Assembly (NCBI GenBank): GCA_965248805.1
Contig: CBDFKJ010000006.1
Coordinates: forward strand, 205,473 to 269,472
Direction of reading: 5' to 3'
Length of the DNA stretch: 64,000 nucleotides
From: Alphaproteobacteria bacterium
GTDB lineage: Bacteria; Pseudomonadota; Alphaproteobacteria; UBA6615
Positions 37,152 through 48,189 of this stretch are shown here, piece by piece. The notes beneath the pieces were generated by a model. The model did no database searches and had not been told where the DNA came from. It saw nothing but the letters and a program-made list of their open reading frames with translations. Made by a program: the position numbers and the translations under genes. The first letter of the stretch is position 1, and the number at the start of each line of letters is the position of its first letter.

Positions 37152-37615
37152 TGCCCATCCACGCCGAGCAGCGTGTGCTGCCGTACTCGCAAGCGCAGAT
37201 GTATCGCCTGGTCTCCGATATAGAAACCTATCCGGAGTTCCTGCCCTGGTGCCTGGCGGCGCGTATCAACCGGCGCAAGGAGGAAGTCATCTGGGCCGAC
37301 ATGGTGGTCGGCTTCCGGATGTTCCGCGAGACCTTCACCTCCAAGGTGACGCTCGACGCGCCGGAGCGGATCAACGTCGAATACATCTCCGGTCCGCTCA
37401 GCCACATGCGCAACGACTGGCGGTTTGCCGCGCTCGGCGACGGACAGTGCGAGATCGACTTCTATGTCGATTTCGATTTGCGCTCGAAGAACTTGCAGCG
37501 CATGGTCGGCGTACTGTTCCACGAGGCCGTCAAGCGCATGGTCACCGCCTTCGAGGTGCGTGCGACCGACCTCTACGGACGGCCGCCCTACGGTGCCCTG
37601 AGCACGGTGAAATAG
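37151..37615 (+). CDS. SRPBCC family protein, RatA/Coq10-like (annotated elsewhere as a type II TA RatA-family toxin)
   Basis: 154 aa; a lipA-adjacent START-domain protein conserved in alphaproteobacteria. Confidence 0.75.
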   Translation: MPIHAEQRVLPYSQAQMYRLVSDIETYPEFLPWCLAARINRRKEEVIWADMVVGFRMFRETFTSKVTLDAPERINVEYISGPLSHMRNDWRFAALGDGQCEIDFYVDFDLRSKNLQRMVGVLFHEAVKRMVTAFEVRATDLYGRPPYGALSTVK

Positions 37616-37699
37616 TCAGGGTGCCACCGTCTCGCCGGCGATCTTCGCGAACAGGCCGTCCAATTCCGCCGCCAACGCGGCCAAGTCGGCATTGTCGCC
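37616..37699 (-). pseudogene. C-terminal 27 codons of a DUF302 gene displaced by an IS insertion (GDNADLAALAAELDGLFAKIAGETVAP*)
   Basis: In-frame coding-like tail ending at TGA 37616-37618. It continues the DUF302 fragment at 39155-39440 across the IS element. Confidence 0.6.
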
Positions 37700-39152
37700 T
37701 TAGCAGCCCGGTGATGAAGTCGCGCTTTGATCAATCGGTTTCGGGGATGATGATAACGAGCATGGCTGGTTTGCCTTCGATGTTCGCCACGATGGCGATC
37801 GCCAGGGCAGCATCGAACTGAATAACGAACAAAAGGGTGCTCTTTGCACTCGCAGCCTCCCTCGGCGTGCCTGATCCGAACAGCGCGCGCGTCAGAATGC
37901 CGAGATTGAACCCGGCGACATGGATCAGGTAGCGTTTGTGGACGTTCTCGCGCGCCCGCAGCAACGCGCGGCGCATGCCGCCACGGTCGAGGACATGGGC
38001 GAAGCTGCGCTCGACCATCATCACCGCGCCTGCGCATGGCGTTCCGCGCGACGCCGGACTTCAATCGCGCCCGGTTGGCGTAGACAGCCTGACGTGCCGC
38101 CTGGTCGCCATGCCAGCGCAGATAGCCGTTGGCGGGCTCCGGCTCGGAGATCCGCGTTTTCCAGACGCCGCCGTCGAGGTCTTTCAGCCCCTCGCGTGAA
38201 TGATAGCCCTTGTCGCCAACGAGACTGCAGGGCTCTGCCCGTGTTGGAGCCAGGCCGACCTCGGCGAGGTTGCGCGCGGCCGCCTCCAGCGTCCCAGGCA
38301 AAGTCGTCGTGTCGCCTTCATCGGCTGGATAGATCGGTGCCGCAACGATGACGCCGGTGTCGAGATCGACCGCGTGCTCGGGCTTGTAGGCCAGATGCGT
38401 GGTGCCGTCCTTCATCCGCGCGATCTTCGCATCAGGATCGGTCGGGCTCGTCCAATCCTTGTTCGAAAGCTTCTTGCCCTTCCGCCGGCGATCGAGCCGG
38501 ACGAGGTCGTCGATCGTCGGCGTTTCGACGCCACTCTCCTTCGCCATTTGCGTCAGCATCTCGCGATAGGTCTCGCCGCTATCGCGCCGCACGATGGCTC
38601 GCAGGGCGGCGTTGGCTTCCATCGTCGAGCCGTCGACGCCGATCCGCTCGCCCTTCACCAGGCCGCGCGCGGCGACGAGAGCCAGAACCCAGTCGAAAAC
38701 CTTTTCATGGACCTCGTGCGGCAGCCGGCCGCGCGTCTTCGACAACCAGGAACGATCGGGAACCTTGTCCCGGTTCGCCAACCGCAGAAACGCGCGAAGC
38801 GACAGCGAATCCGAACAGCGCCAAGCGATGCCGCGCTCGCTGCCGATGCCCTCGAAATAGCCGATCATGTGCATCCGGAAATAACGCCCCGGCGGCAGCG
38901 AAGGAGCCCCCATCCGAGGTGCGTAGTATGGCTTGCACGTCGCCTCCACGAAGCCGTCAAAGCCAGACTCGGTCAGCAACTCATGCAGCCGGTCGGAAAA
39001 CGCGTGTCCAGGCGAACGCGGCATCTCCGCCCATGTCACCACGAGGTCACCCTGAACCTCGCTCTGTCGTCTCAATGCCATCGCACGACGCCCGTCTAAA
39101 TCTCTATGTTCAGACAGAATCAGACACGCCGGACTTCGTCAACGGGCTGGTA
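37700..39152 (-). mobile_element. IS5/IS1182-like insertion sequence, copy 1 (about 1.45 kb) with imperfect terminal inverted repeats
   Basis: Termini are TAGCAGCCCGGTGATGAAG (37701-37719) and CTTCGTCAACGGGCTGGTA (39134-39152), forming inverted repeats. Encodes a DDE transposase. Confidence 0.75.
37731..39081 (-). pseudogene. IS5/IS1182-family DDE transposase with a frameshift near 38025-38050
   Basis: N-terminal 350 aa in ORF 37588..39081. The C-terminal about 97 aa (FAHVLDRGGMRR...YLIHVAGFNLG) continues in another frame as ORF 37731..38024. Confidence 0.75.
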
Positions 39153-39154
39153 GG

Positions 39155-39440
39155 CGATGGCGAACACGGCGCTGGGCGTCTTGTAGCTAAGGCTGGCGGT
39201 GCCGTCGGCATTCTCGGTCACGTAGAAACGGATCGGCGCCTCGATGCCGGCCTCGACGCTGGCGGCGAGCATGCGCACCGCGAAGTCGTTCCGGAACACA
39301 CCGGCCACATAGTTGCCGGCGATGGCGACGCCGCGGCGCTGCGCGCCGGCGCTGGCGCTGGCTTGCGTCACGAGCCCCATGCCGTTGGCTTCGATCGCCT
39401 GTTTGAGCCTAGTGGAGGGATCGGAACGAAAGAGTCCGAA
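39155..39440 (-). pseudogene. DUF302 domain protein fragment, truncated at both ends by IS elements
   Basis: ANGMGLV...AGNYVAGVF...RFYVTENADGTASLSY matches the DUF302 core. The reading frame runs into the IS terminal repeat (AIAYQPVDE). Confidence 0.6.
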
Positions 39441-40330
39441 TTGGGGTTCCGTATTTTGCTGTGGTATGCGCCCGGCAAGGCGCCGGTCCCGCTCGATCGT
39501 GTCGCCGAGATCGTGCGCCTGACGCAGCAACCGCCGCCGTTTGAGGCGACCCACTGGACGTTGCGCGCGATGGCCAGGGCGGCCGGTATTGCCGCCTCGA
39601 CGGTGCAGGCGATCTGGAAGGCTCACGGTCTCAGCCCGCACCGCTGGCGCAACTTCAAGCTGTCGACCGACCCTGCCTTCGCCGAGAAACTCACCGATAT
39701 CGTCGGCCTGTATGTCGACCCGCCGGCCCATGCGGTGGTGTTGTCGATCGATGAGAAGTCACAGATCCAGGCGCTCGACCGCCGGTCTGCCGATGAAGAA
39801 GGGACGCGCCGGCACCATGACCCATGACTACAAACGGCACGGCACGACCACGCTGTTTGCGGCGCTCAACGTTCTGGACGGAACGGTGATCGGCCAGAAC
39901 ATGCAGCGCCACCGCCATCAGGAGTTCATCCGCTTCCTCAACCGCATCGAGCGCACGGTGCCGGCGGACAAGGCCATCCACGCGATCGTCGACAACTACG
40001 CGGCGCACAACAAGGACAAGGTCCGCGCCTGGCTCGCCCGCCATCCGCGCTGGACTTTCCACTTCACACCGACCTCCTGCTCGTGGCTCAATGCCGTCGA
40101 GGGCTTCTTCGCAAAACTCACCCGGCGGCGGCTCAAGCACGGCGTCTTCCATTCCGTCGTCGATCTCCAGGCCGCAATCAACCGCTTCGTCCGCGAATAC
40201 AATGCGGCCAACCCACAGCCGTTCATATCGAAAGCCGACCCCGACGACATCATCGCAGCCCGAAACCGAGGGTTCCAAACGTTGAAATCAATCCACTAGC
40301 CACCAACGGGTCGAAACCGTGCGGGGAGGG
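39440..40330 (+). mobile_element. IS630-family element remnant, 5'-truncated and internally deleted, with its transposase split over two frames
   Basis: RILLWYAPGK...[15 protein letters not shown]...[14 protein letters not shown] lies in frame A (to 39827). [27 protein letters not shown]...DNYAAHN...[13 protein letters not shown] (DDE) lies in frame B (39783..40299). The frame change is at about 39778-39790. Confidence 0.75.
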
Positions 40331-40450
40331 AAGGACCCGGGTTCCTTCCGGGGCGGCCAGCGCTGTGAACGCGACCACGCACATGGCGGTGATCGACAGG
40401 TATCGAGCGGATTGGCGGATCATTGCGGCCTCCAGTTCGCGACATTAGGC

Positions 40451-41879
40451 TTATCAGCCCGTTGAAAAAGTCGCGGCCATCTGACTCTGTGACGAGGGCA
40501 TGGTTCGAGTCGGGAGCTTCGTCATGGCGTTGGGACGACAAGGGGATCGACAGGTGGACTTGATGGTCAGTTGGGCAGAGATGCCTCGCTCGCCCGGCCA
40601 CGTGTTTTACGACCAGCTGGCTGGTCGATGCCGGTTTCGATGCGTTCGCCGAGGACCTGTGTGAGCCCTATTACGCGCCAGGGATCGGACGTCCGGGAAT
40701 CCCACCGGGGCGTTACTTCCGGATGCACCTGGTCGGCTACTTCGAAGGCCTCGACAGTGAGCGGGCGTTGGAGTGGCGGTGCGCCGACAGCTTGTCGCTG
40801 CGTGAGTTCTTGCGCCTGGAGGCGCGCGCACGTGTGCCTGACCACTCGTCGTTGAGCACGATCCGCAGCCGCACGCGGTGCATGAGGCAGTGTTAGCCTG
40901 GGTGCTGGACGTTCTTGGCGAGCACGGCCTGGTCAAGGGCGAGCGGATTGGGGTCGATGCTTCGACCATGGAGGCGAACGCGGCGCTGCGCTCGATCGTG
41001 CGCCGCGACAGCGGCGAAAGCTATCGCCAGATGCTGCAGCGCATGGCCGCCGACAGCGGGATCGAGACCGCGGCGAATGACTTGGCGCAGATGGATCGGC
41101 GGCGCAAGGGCAAGAAACTCTCCAATGCGGACTGGGTCTCGACGCGGAGGCCAAAATCGCCAGGATGAAGGACGGCACGACGCATCTGGCCTACAAGCCC
41201 GAACACGCGGTCGACCTCGACACCGGGGCGGTGATCGCGGCCGAGCTGTATCCGGCCGATCAGGGCGACACGACCACCCTGCCGACAACGTTGACGTCAG
41301 CCGAGGCCAAGCTGGCGGCTGTGGGCGCAGCGCCGACGGCCGACGAACCGGCGGAGCTGGTGACCGACAAAGGCTACTTCGGCCGCGAGGTGCTGAAGTC
41401 CCTTGCCGACGGCGCCTGGACGACCCGCATCGCCGAACCGAAGGGCAAGGGGCTCTCGCGCTGGCACGGCGACGACGCCGCTCGGCGGGCCGTTTACAAC
41501 AACCGCAACCGATTGCTGTCGGGCGTGGCGAAGGCCGCGTTCAAACTCCGCGCCGAAGTGGTCGAGCGGGGCTTCGCCCAGGTCCTCGATCGCGGCGGCA
41601 TGCGCCGCACTTGGCTGCGTGGGCGCGAGAACGTCGGCAAGCGCTATCTGATCCACGTCGCCGGACACAACCTGGGCGTCCTATTGCGCCAGTTGATCGG
41701 CGCCGGGACCCCGCGAGAGGCTGCGGCCAAGGGCTTGGCGGTCCTGCTGCTTGTCTTGCGACAGGAACAATCGCTGATCATTATCCTCGCCCTCAATAAC
41801 CCCCCGGCGCCGGGTCTCGCCGCCGCCATTGTTATCACGCCCGATGCTTCATCAACTCAGTCTTCTTCAACGGGCTGCT
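40451..41879 (+). mobile_element. IS5/IS1182-like insertion sequence, copy 2, heavily degraded
   Basis: Termini are TTATCAGCCCGTTGAAAAAG (40451-40470) and CTTCAACGGGCTGCTA (41864-41879). The transposase is about 65-70% identical to copy 1 and is broken by at least three frameshifts. Confidence 0.7.
40540..41790 (+). pseudogene. IS5/IS1182-family transposase fragmented by at least three frameshifts
   Basis: Homologous segments sit in different frames: VSWAEMPRSPGH; LVDAGFDAFAE...GRYFRMH; ORF 40878..41168 (GLVKGERIGVDASTMEANAALR); ORF 41165.. (MKDGTTHLAYKPEHAVDLDTG...RYLIHVAGHNLG). Confidence 0.7.
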
Positions 41880-41928
41880 ATGCTGTAGTCGATCGCGGGG
41901 CCGTTGCCGCGTCAATCGGCCGTGAGAC

Positions 41929-42417
41929 CTATGTGAGTTGCTGGCGCACTAGGTCGAAGCCGGCACGCACCGTCGCCTCGCGGATCGCGGCGCGGGTGCC
42001 GGGAAAGATTTCCACACGGTGCAATGTCGGCCGGTCGGTGCGCGCAGAGGCCAGATAGACCAAACCTACCGGCTTCGTCGGGGTCGCGCCGTCAGGCCCG
42101 GCGATGCCGGTGACTGCTACGCTGATGTCGACCCGCGCCCGCGCCAACGCGCCCTCGGCCATGGCGCAGGCGACGGCTTCGCTGACCGCGCCATGCTCGG
42201 CGATGAGTTCCATCGGAACCCCGAGAAGGTCGATCTTGGCCGCGTTGGCGTAGGTCACGAAGCCGCGCTCGACCACATCGGAGCTGCCGGGGATCTCCGT
42301 CAGGCAGGCGATGATGAGCCCGCCGGTGCATGACTCCGCCGTAGCGAGCTGCAATTGCGCCGCCCTCATGTCTTCGAGTAGACCCTCGGCCTTTTTCAAT
42401 AACGCATTGCCGAACAT
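41929..42417 (-). CDS. pncC: CinA C-terminal-domain protein (nicotinamide-nucleotide amidohydrolase PncC-like)
   Basis: 162 aa from MFGNALLKK with the TAESCTGGLI motif. The upstream 148-codon Arg/Gly-rich extension in the ORF track is rejected. Confidence 0.8.
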   Translation of the reverse strand: MFGNALLKKAEGLLEDMRAAQLQLATAESCTGGLIIACLTEIPGSSDVVERGFVTYANAAKIDLLGVPMELIAEHGAVSEAVACAMAEGALARARVDISVAVTGIAGPDGATPTKPVGLVYLASARTDRPTLHRVEIFPGTRAAIREATVRAGFDLVRQQLT

Positions 42418-42434
42418 TACTACTTCAGACTCTG

Positions 42435-42893
42435 CTAAGTGGCCCAGCGGGCAACGAGCCAAGCCGCGAGGCCGGCGTAGGCGCCGGCAACGAGATCGTC
42501 GGCCATGATCCCCGCCGCGCCCGGGATATGCCGCTCCGCCAAGTACACAGGCCATGGCTTGGCGATGTCGGCGATGCGGAACACGACGAATGCCACCGGC
42601 CACAGGCGCCAGTCCAACGCCACCGGGAGCAACGCCAGCCATTGCCCGGCGACCTCGTCGATAACGACCTGCCCCGGGTCCTTGACCCCGATGTCGGTTT
42701 CCATGCGGCCGCCGGCCCACAGTCCCACGGCCAGGACCGCGCCGGTGGCTATCGACAAGGCCCAGATGCCGCCCAGCCGAACGAGCCCATAGGCAAGCGG
42801 TAATGCCGACAAGGACGCCCACGTGCCGGGCGCGAAGGGCAGCAGCCCGAGGCCGAACCATGTCGCCAACACTCTTGATGCCACTAGCGACAT
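42435..42893 (-). CDS. pgpA: phosphatidylglycerophosphatase A
   Basis: 152 aa PgpA family membrane protein (WFGLGLLPFAPGTWASL). Confidence 0.88.
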   Translation of the reverse strand: MSLVASRVLATWFGLGLLPFAPGTWASLSALPLAYGLVRLGGIWALSIATGAVLAVGLWAGGRMETDIGVKDPGQVVIDEVAGQWLALLPVALDWRLWPVAFVVFRIADIAKPWPVYLAERHIPGAAGIMADDLVAGAYAGLAAWLVARWAT

Positions 42894-42899
42894 CGCGAT

Positions 42900-44084
42900 C
42901 TAGAGGGGGGGAAGGCGCACGGTCGCGACCGCCTGGCCCGCGATGCCTTCACCGCGTCCGGCAAAGCCCAGGCCATCTGTGGTTGTCGCCTTCACGCTGA
43001 TGCGCGTCGCCGGCACCGTCAGCAATTCCGCCAAGCGGGCAACCATCGCCGCACGATGCGGCGCGATGGCCGGACGCTGGCAGATTAGCGTGACATCGAG
43101 ATGGAGCAGCGCACCACCACGCTGTGCGAGCCGCTCGGATGCGAATCTGAGAAAGGCGTACGAGGGCGCGTCTTTCCACTGCGGGTCGCCCGATGGGAAG
43201 TGCGCGCCGATATCGCCGTCGCTCAGCGCTCCAAGGATGGCGTCGGTCGCCGCGTGCAGGCCGACATCGGCGTCCGAGTGCCCGATCAGTCCGTGGTCGT
43301 GGGCGATGGCGCCGCCACACAGCATCACGTGATCGCCCGGCCCGAACCGATGCACGTCGAAGCCGGATCCGACGCGGATGTCGCCGGGGTCGCTCAACAG
43401 GCGTTCCGCCCGCGCCAGGTCATCGGCCGTCGTAATTTTCAAATTGTCGGCTTCGCCCGACACCAGCGCGATGTCGATCCCAGCCGCCTCCGCGACAGCT
43501 GCGTCGTCGGTAAAGTCATCACCTGCCGCGGCGCGGTGCGCGTCCAGCAACTGCGCAAAATGAAAACCCTGTGGCGTTTGCGCCCGCCACAGCCCCGAAC
43601 GCGGTACGGTTGCGGCGATGCGCCCGTCAGCTTCGCGCTTCAACGTATCGGTAACGGGCAGCGCGGCGATGGCGCCGGACGCATCGTCCAGTGCCGCGAG
43701 CACGCGGCCGATCAGCGTCGCCGACGCCATCGGGCGCACCGCATCGTGGATCAACACCCGGTCGGGTCCGCGTCCCTCCCAGGCCTCGAGGCCGGCGCAC
43801 ACGGAGGCCTGGCGGCTTGCGCCCCCCATGACCGGCCTCGGCAACGCAAACGCCGCCGTTGCGCGCACATACATCTCCGCGTCATCGCGATGGATCACCA
43901 CTTGCACGTGGTCGACTGCGGCATGGTCTGCGAACCGGGCCACGGTGTGGGCGATAACGGGCCGGCCGGCGAGTGCGCGGTACTGTTTGGGCACGTCGCC
44001 GCCCAAGCGTTGGCCGCGCCCGCCGGCTACGATTAGCGCTAGGGTTTCGATCTGCGGACTCCTGAGACCAGTGCCCCGGGCCAC
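42900..44084 (-). CDS. ispDF: bifunctional 2-C-methyl-D-erythritol 4-phosphate cytidylyltransferase / 2,4-cyclodiphosphate synthase
   Basis: N-terminal IspD (IVAGGRGQRLG) and C-terminal IspF (GFDVHRF, GHSDADVGLHA) as one fusion, typical of alphaproteobacteria. Confidence 0.92.
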   Translation of the reverse strand: MARGTGLRSPQIETLALIVAGGRGQRLGGDVPKQYRALAGRPVIAHTVARFADHAAVDHVQVVIHRDDAEMYVRATAAFALPRPVMGGASRQASVCAGLEAWEGRGPDRVLIHDAVRPMASATLIGRVLAALDDASGAIAALPVTDTLKREADGRIAATVPRSGLWRAQTPQGFHFAQLLDAHRAAAGDDFTDDAAVAEAAGIDIALVSGEADNLKITTADDLARAERLLSDPGDIRVGSGFDVHRFGPGDHVMLCGGAIAHDHGLIGHSDADVGLHAATDAILGALSDGDIGAHFPSGDPQWKDAPSYAFLRFASERLAQRGGALLHLDVTLICQRPAIAPHRAAMVARLAELLTVPATRISVKATTTDGLGFAGRGEGIAGQAVATVRLPPL

Positions 44085-44287
44085 CGGTCGATGACCACGG
44101 GCGGGCGACAGAGTGGCCTTAACAAACTCACAACTTTACTGAAAGGCAAGATAATCGCCCGGGCTGTACCGCGATTGTTAACGAAATCTATACCGAGACT
44201 CTGCGACTATGGACACGTGGCATCGCGCCATGTTTGCGCCCGTTATGGGCGCCAGGCGCGGCATGTTTTAAGCAGGAGGGCAGGCCT

Positions 44288-44548
44288 GTGGATTGGTTTT
44301 GGCAACGCAAACCGGACTGCACATTTGACGCCGGCACGGTGTATCGATGCACCGATTCTAAGCTGGTGATCGAGACCGCAACCGTGCTGGAGCAGTTCAA
44401 CGACTACAACGGGATTCCCCACGTCCGGTATGCCCTGCGCCTAGACTCGCCATATGGCGAACCGGGCACCGAGGATTTGCGGGTGTTGTCGCAATCTGCC
44501 TTCGCGCGCCGCTACTCGGAGTACTGCGGACGGCACAAAGCCGCATAG
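44288..44548 (+). CDS. hypothetical small protein (86 aa; several Cys; GC3 clearly lower than neighbours)
   Basis: GTG 44288 is preceded by AGGAGGG at 44272-44278. Protein-like composition but no recognisable family. Sits where dusB/nifR3 normally lies. Confidence 0.4.
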   Translation: MDWFWQRKPDCTFDAGTVYRCTDSKLVIETATVLEQFNDYNGIPHVRYALRLDSPYGEPGTEDLRVLSQSAFARRYSEYCGRHKAA

Positions 44549-44677
44549 CGCGGCCGGCCTCGCGCCGGCCTTCCGATTGTCCGCGAACAACCCGTTGAGG
44601 CTTCCGATCTAGCTCTTTCCGCCGCCTGACGGCACGCGAATGGTGCTATGATCGCACCATGACGGCCGGCATCAGCA

Positions 44678-46725
44678 TTGAACATTACCGCCCTACTGGC
44701 GCTGCTCCCAGCCGCCGTGGTCGCCTATCGGCACCGGGGAGGGCGAAGCGGTGTCTACTGGCTGACGACCGGTGTGGCATTGGCCGGGCCCGTGCTGTGG
44801 CTGGTCGCGCGGTTGCATGCGACTTGGAACGCGGGGTTCGACGCCTCGATCTGGCTGATCATCGGCACCACGATGGCACTCTACGCGGTGTTGGCCATCG
44901 CCACGCGTCACACCTGGCGGTTGGCGCCGCTCCTGATGCCTTATGTGTTGGCGCTTGGACTGATCGCTACCGTATCGAGTTCGGCCGACAGCCGCCCCCT
45001 GGTGGGCATCGCGCCGAGCGGCTGGCTGCAGGCTCACATCTTGACCGCTTTGCTGGCCTACGGCGTCATCACGTTGGCCGCGATCGCGGCCCTGGCGGTG
45101 ACGGTGCAGGAGCGGGCGCTCAAGGCCAAGCGCGCAAGCCGGTTGGCGGAACTGCTGCCGTCGGTTGCCGATGGCGAGGCCCTGCAACTGGGCCTTCTCG
45201 CGGCCGGCCAGTTCGCTCTCGGCGTCAGCCTGCTCAGCGGCATGGCCATGCAGCGGTTCAGTACGCGTGATCTGCTGATAGTTGACCACAAGACCATCTT
45301 CGTCTTGCTCAGCTTCATCGCGATTGGGCTGCTGCTGTGGACCCATCACCGCAGCGGCGTCCGTGGCCGGCGGGCGGCGCGGGTGGTGCTGGTGGCCTAC
45401 CTCCTCCTCACTCTCGGCTATCCCGGCGTGAAGTTCGTCGCCGATGTGATCCTGGCCCAGGACACGAGCCGAAAAACACGACCGGATCATGGGTTCGGGG
45501 GCGGCTGCGTCGCCGATCTGGAGTTGCGCGGGCAACGCGCACGGCGTAGTCTGCCTAATTCGTGGTCAGTCGAGATACTTGCCCGGAAAATGAGCAGATT
45601 GGCGCGGCAAGCAACTGAATCCAATACAGTCCGGGTCGACTCCATGCCGGCAGCATCGGAACCGTCGGTCCTGGGCTCGTTGCCGCTGTCGGTCCTGACC
45701 TTGGGCCCGACCCTCGGCATCGTTGCCGTCAACCCGGCCGCCGAGCAGTTCTTTGCCACCGGCGCCAGCGCGGTGACGGGTCTGCCTTTGCGTGCCCTGG
45801 TGGCGCCGGACAGCCCGGTCATCGCGCTCGTCGAGCAGGTTCGCGCACATGGCGCCTCGGTATCGCAGTCAAACGTCCTGATTGCGGGCGCGCGAATTGG
45901 CCGCCGTCTGGCGACGGTAACGGCGGCGCCGTTGGGGGACGACGGCGCCGGATACGTCCTGACGCTGCATGAACAGACGATGGCGCGCCGCATCGAGCAG
46001 CAACTCACGCACCTCAATGCCGCGCGCTCGGTGTCCGCCATGGCCGCCGTCCTGGCGCATGAAGTCAAGAACCCCTTGTCCGGCATTCGCGGCGCGGCAC
46101 AGCTGTTGGAGCGCAATGCCGCCGAGAACGATCGCGATCTAGCGCGCCTTATTTGCGACGAGACCGACCGCATCGTAGCGCTGGTCGATCGCATGGGAGC
46201 GTTCGCCGAGGCCGACGCCTTGGATCGTGAGGCCGTCAATGTTCACAAGGTCCTCGAACACGTGCGCCGACTGGCGGAGTCGGGATTTGCCAGCCACGTT
46301 CACTTCGTCGAGGCCTACGACCCCTCGTTGCCGCCGGCGTTCGCCAACCGCGATATGTTGGTGCAGGCCACACTCAACTTGATCAAGAACGCCGCCGAGG
46401 CAGTGTCCCAATCGGGCGGTGAAATTAGGCTTGAAACGGCCTATCGCCATGGCATGCGCATGTCGGTCGCCGGTGGCGCCGGATCGGTGGATTTACCACT
46501 GGAGATTTCGGTCCAGGACAACGGCGTCGGCATTACCGATGCCGTGCGCATGCACATGTTCGATCCGTTCGTCACCAGCAAGCCGAGCGGCTCGGGCCTC
46601 GGACTGGCGTTGGTCGCTAAGATCGTCAATGATCATGGTGGCGTCATCGACGTCGAAAGTCGGCCGCGCCGAACCGTTTTCCGCATCATGCTGCCGCTCC
46701 ACCTCAATGATCGCCAGGAACAGTC

Positions 46726-46729
<4 letters not shown>
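44678..46729 (+). CDS. ntrB: single 683-codon open reading frame: YpjD-like 8-TM cytochrome-c-assembly-family membrane protein (aa 1-262) running without a stop into the nitrogen-regulation sensor kinase NtrB (from Met323, ATG 45644)
   Basis: N-terminal part aligns end-to-end with E. coli YpjD ([21 protein letters not shown]..., [29 protein letters not shown]...). C-terminal part has PAS, HisKA ([19 protein letters not shown]) and HATPase domains. The 60-codon linker is rich in A/T-ending codons. TTG start. Confidence 0.7.
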
Positions 46730-48156
<1,427 letters not shown>

Positions 48157-48189
48157 GCACCCAGTGATGCCCCGACCGGCGGCGCCGGC

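Noticed and set aside
40326-40346. Near-palindrome ggaaggaCCCGGGttccttcc as a rho-independent terminator
   Set aside because: There is no downstream T-tract and it lies inside the presumed IS630 3' end region. It is more likely part of IS terminal structure or chance. It is mentioned only within the IS630 finding.
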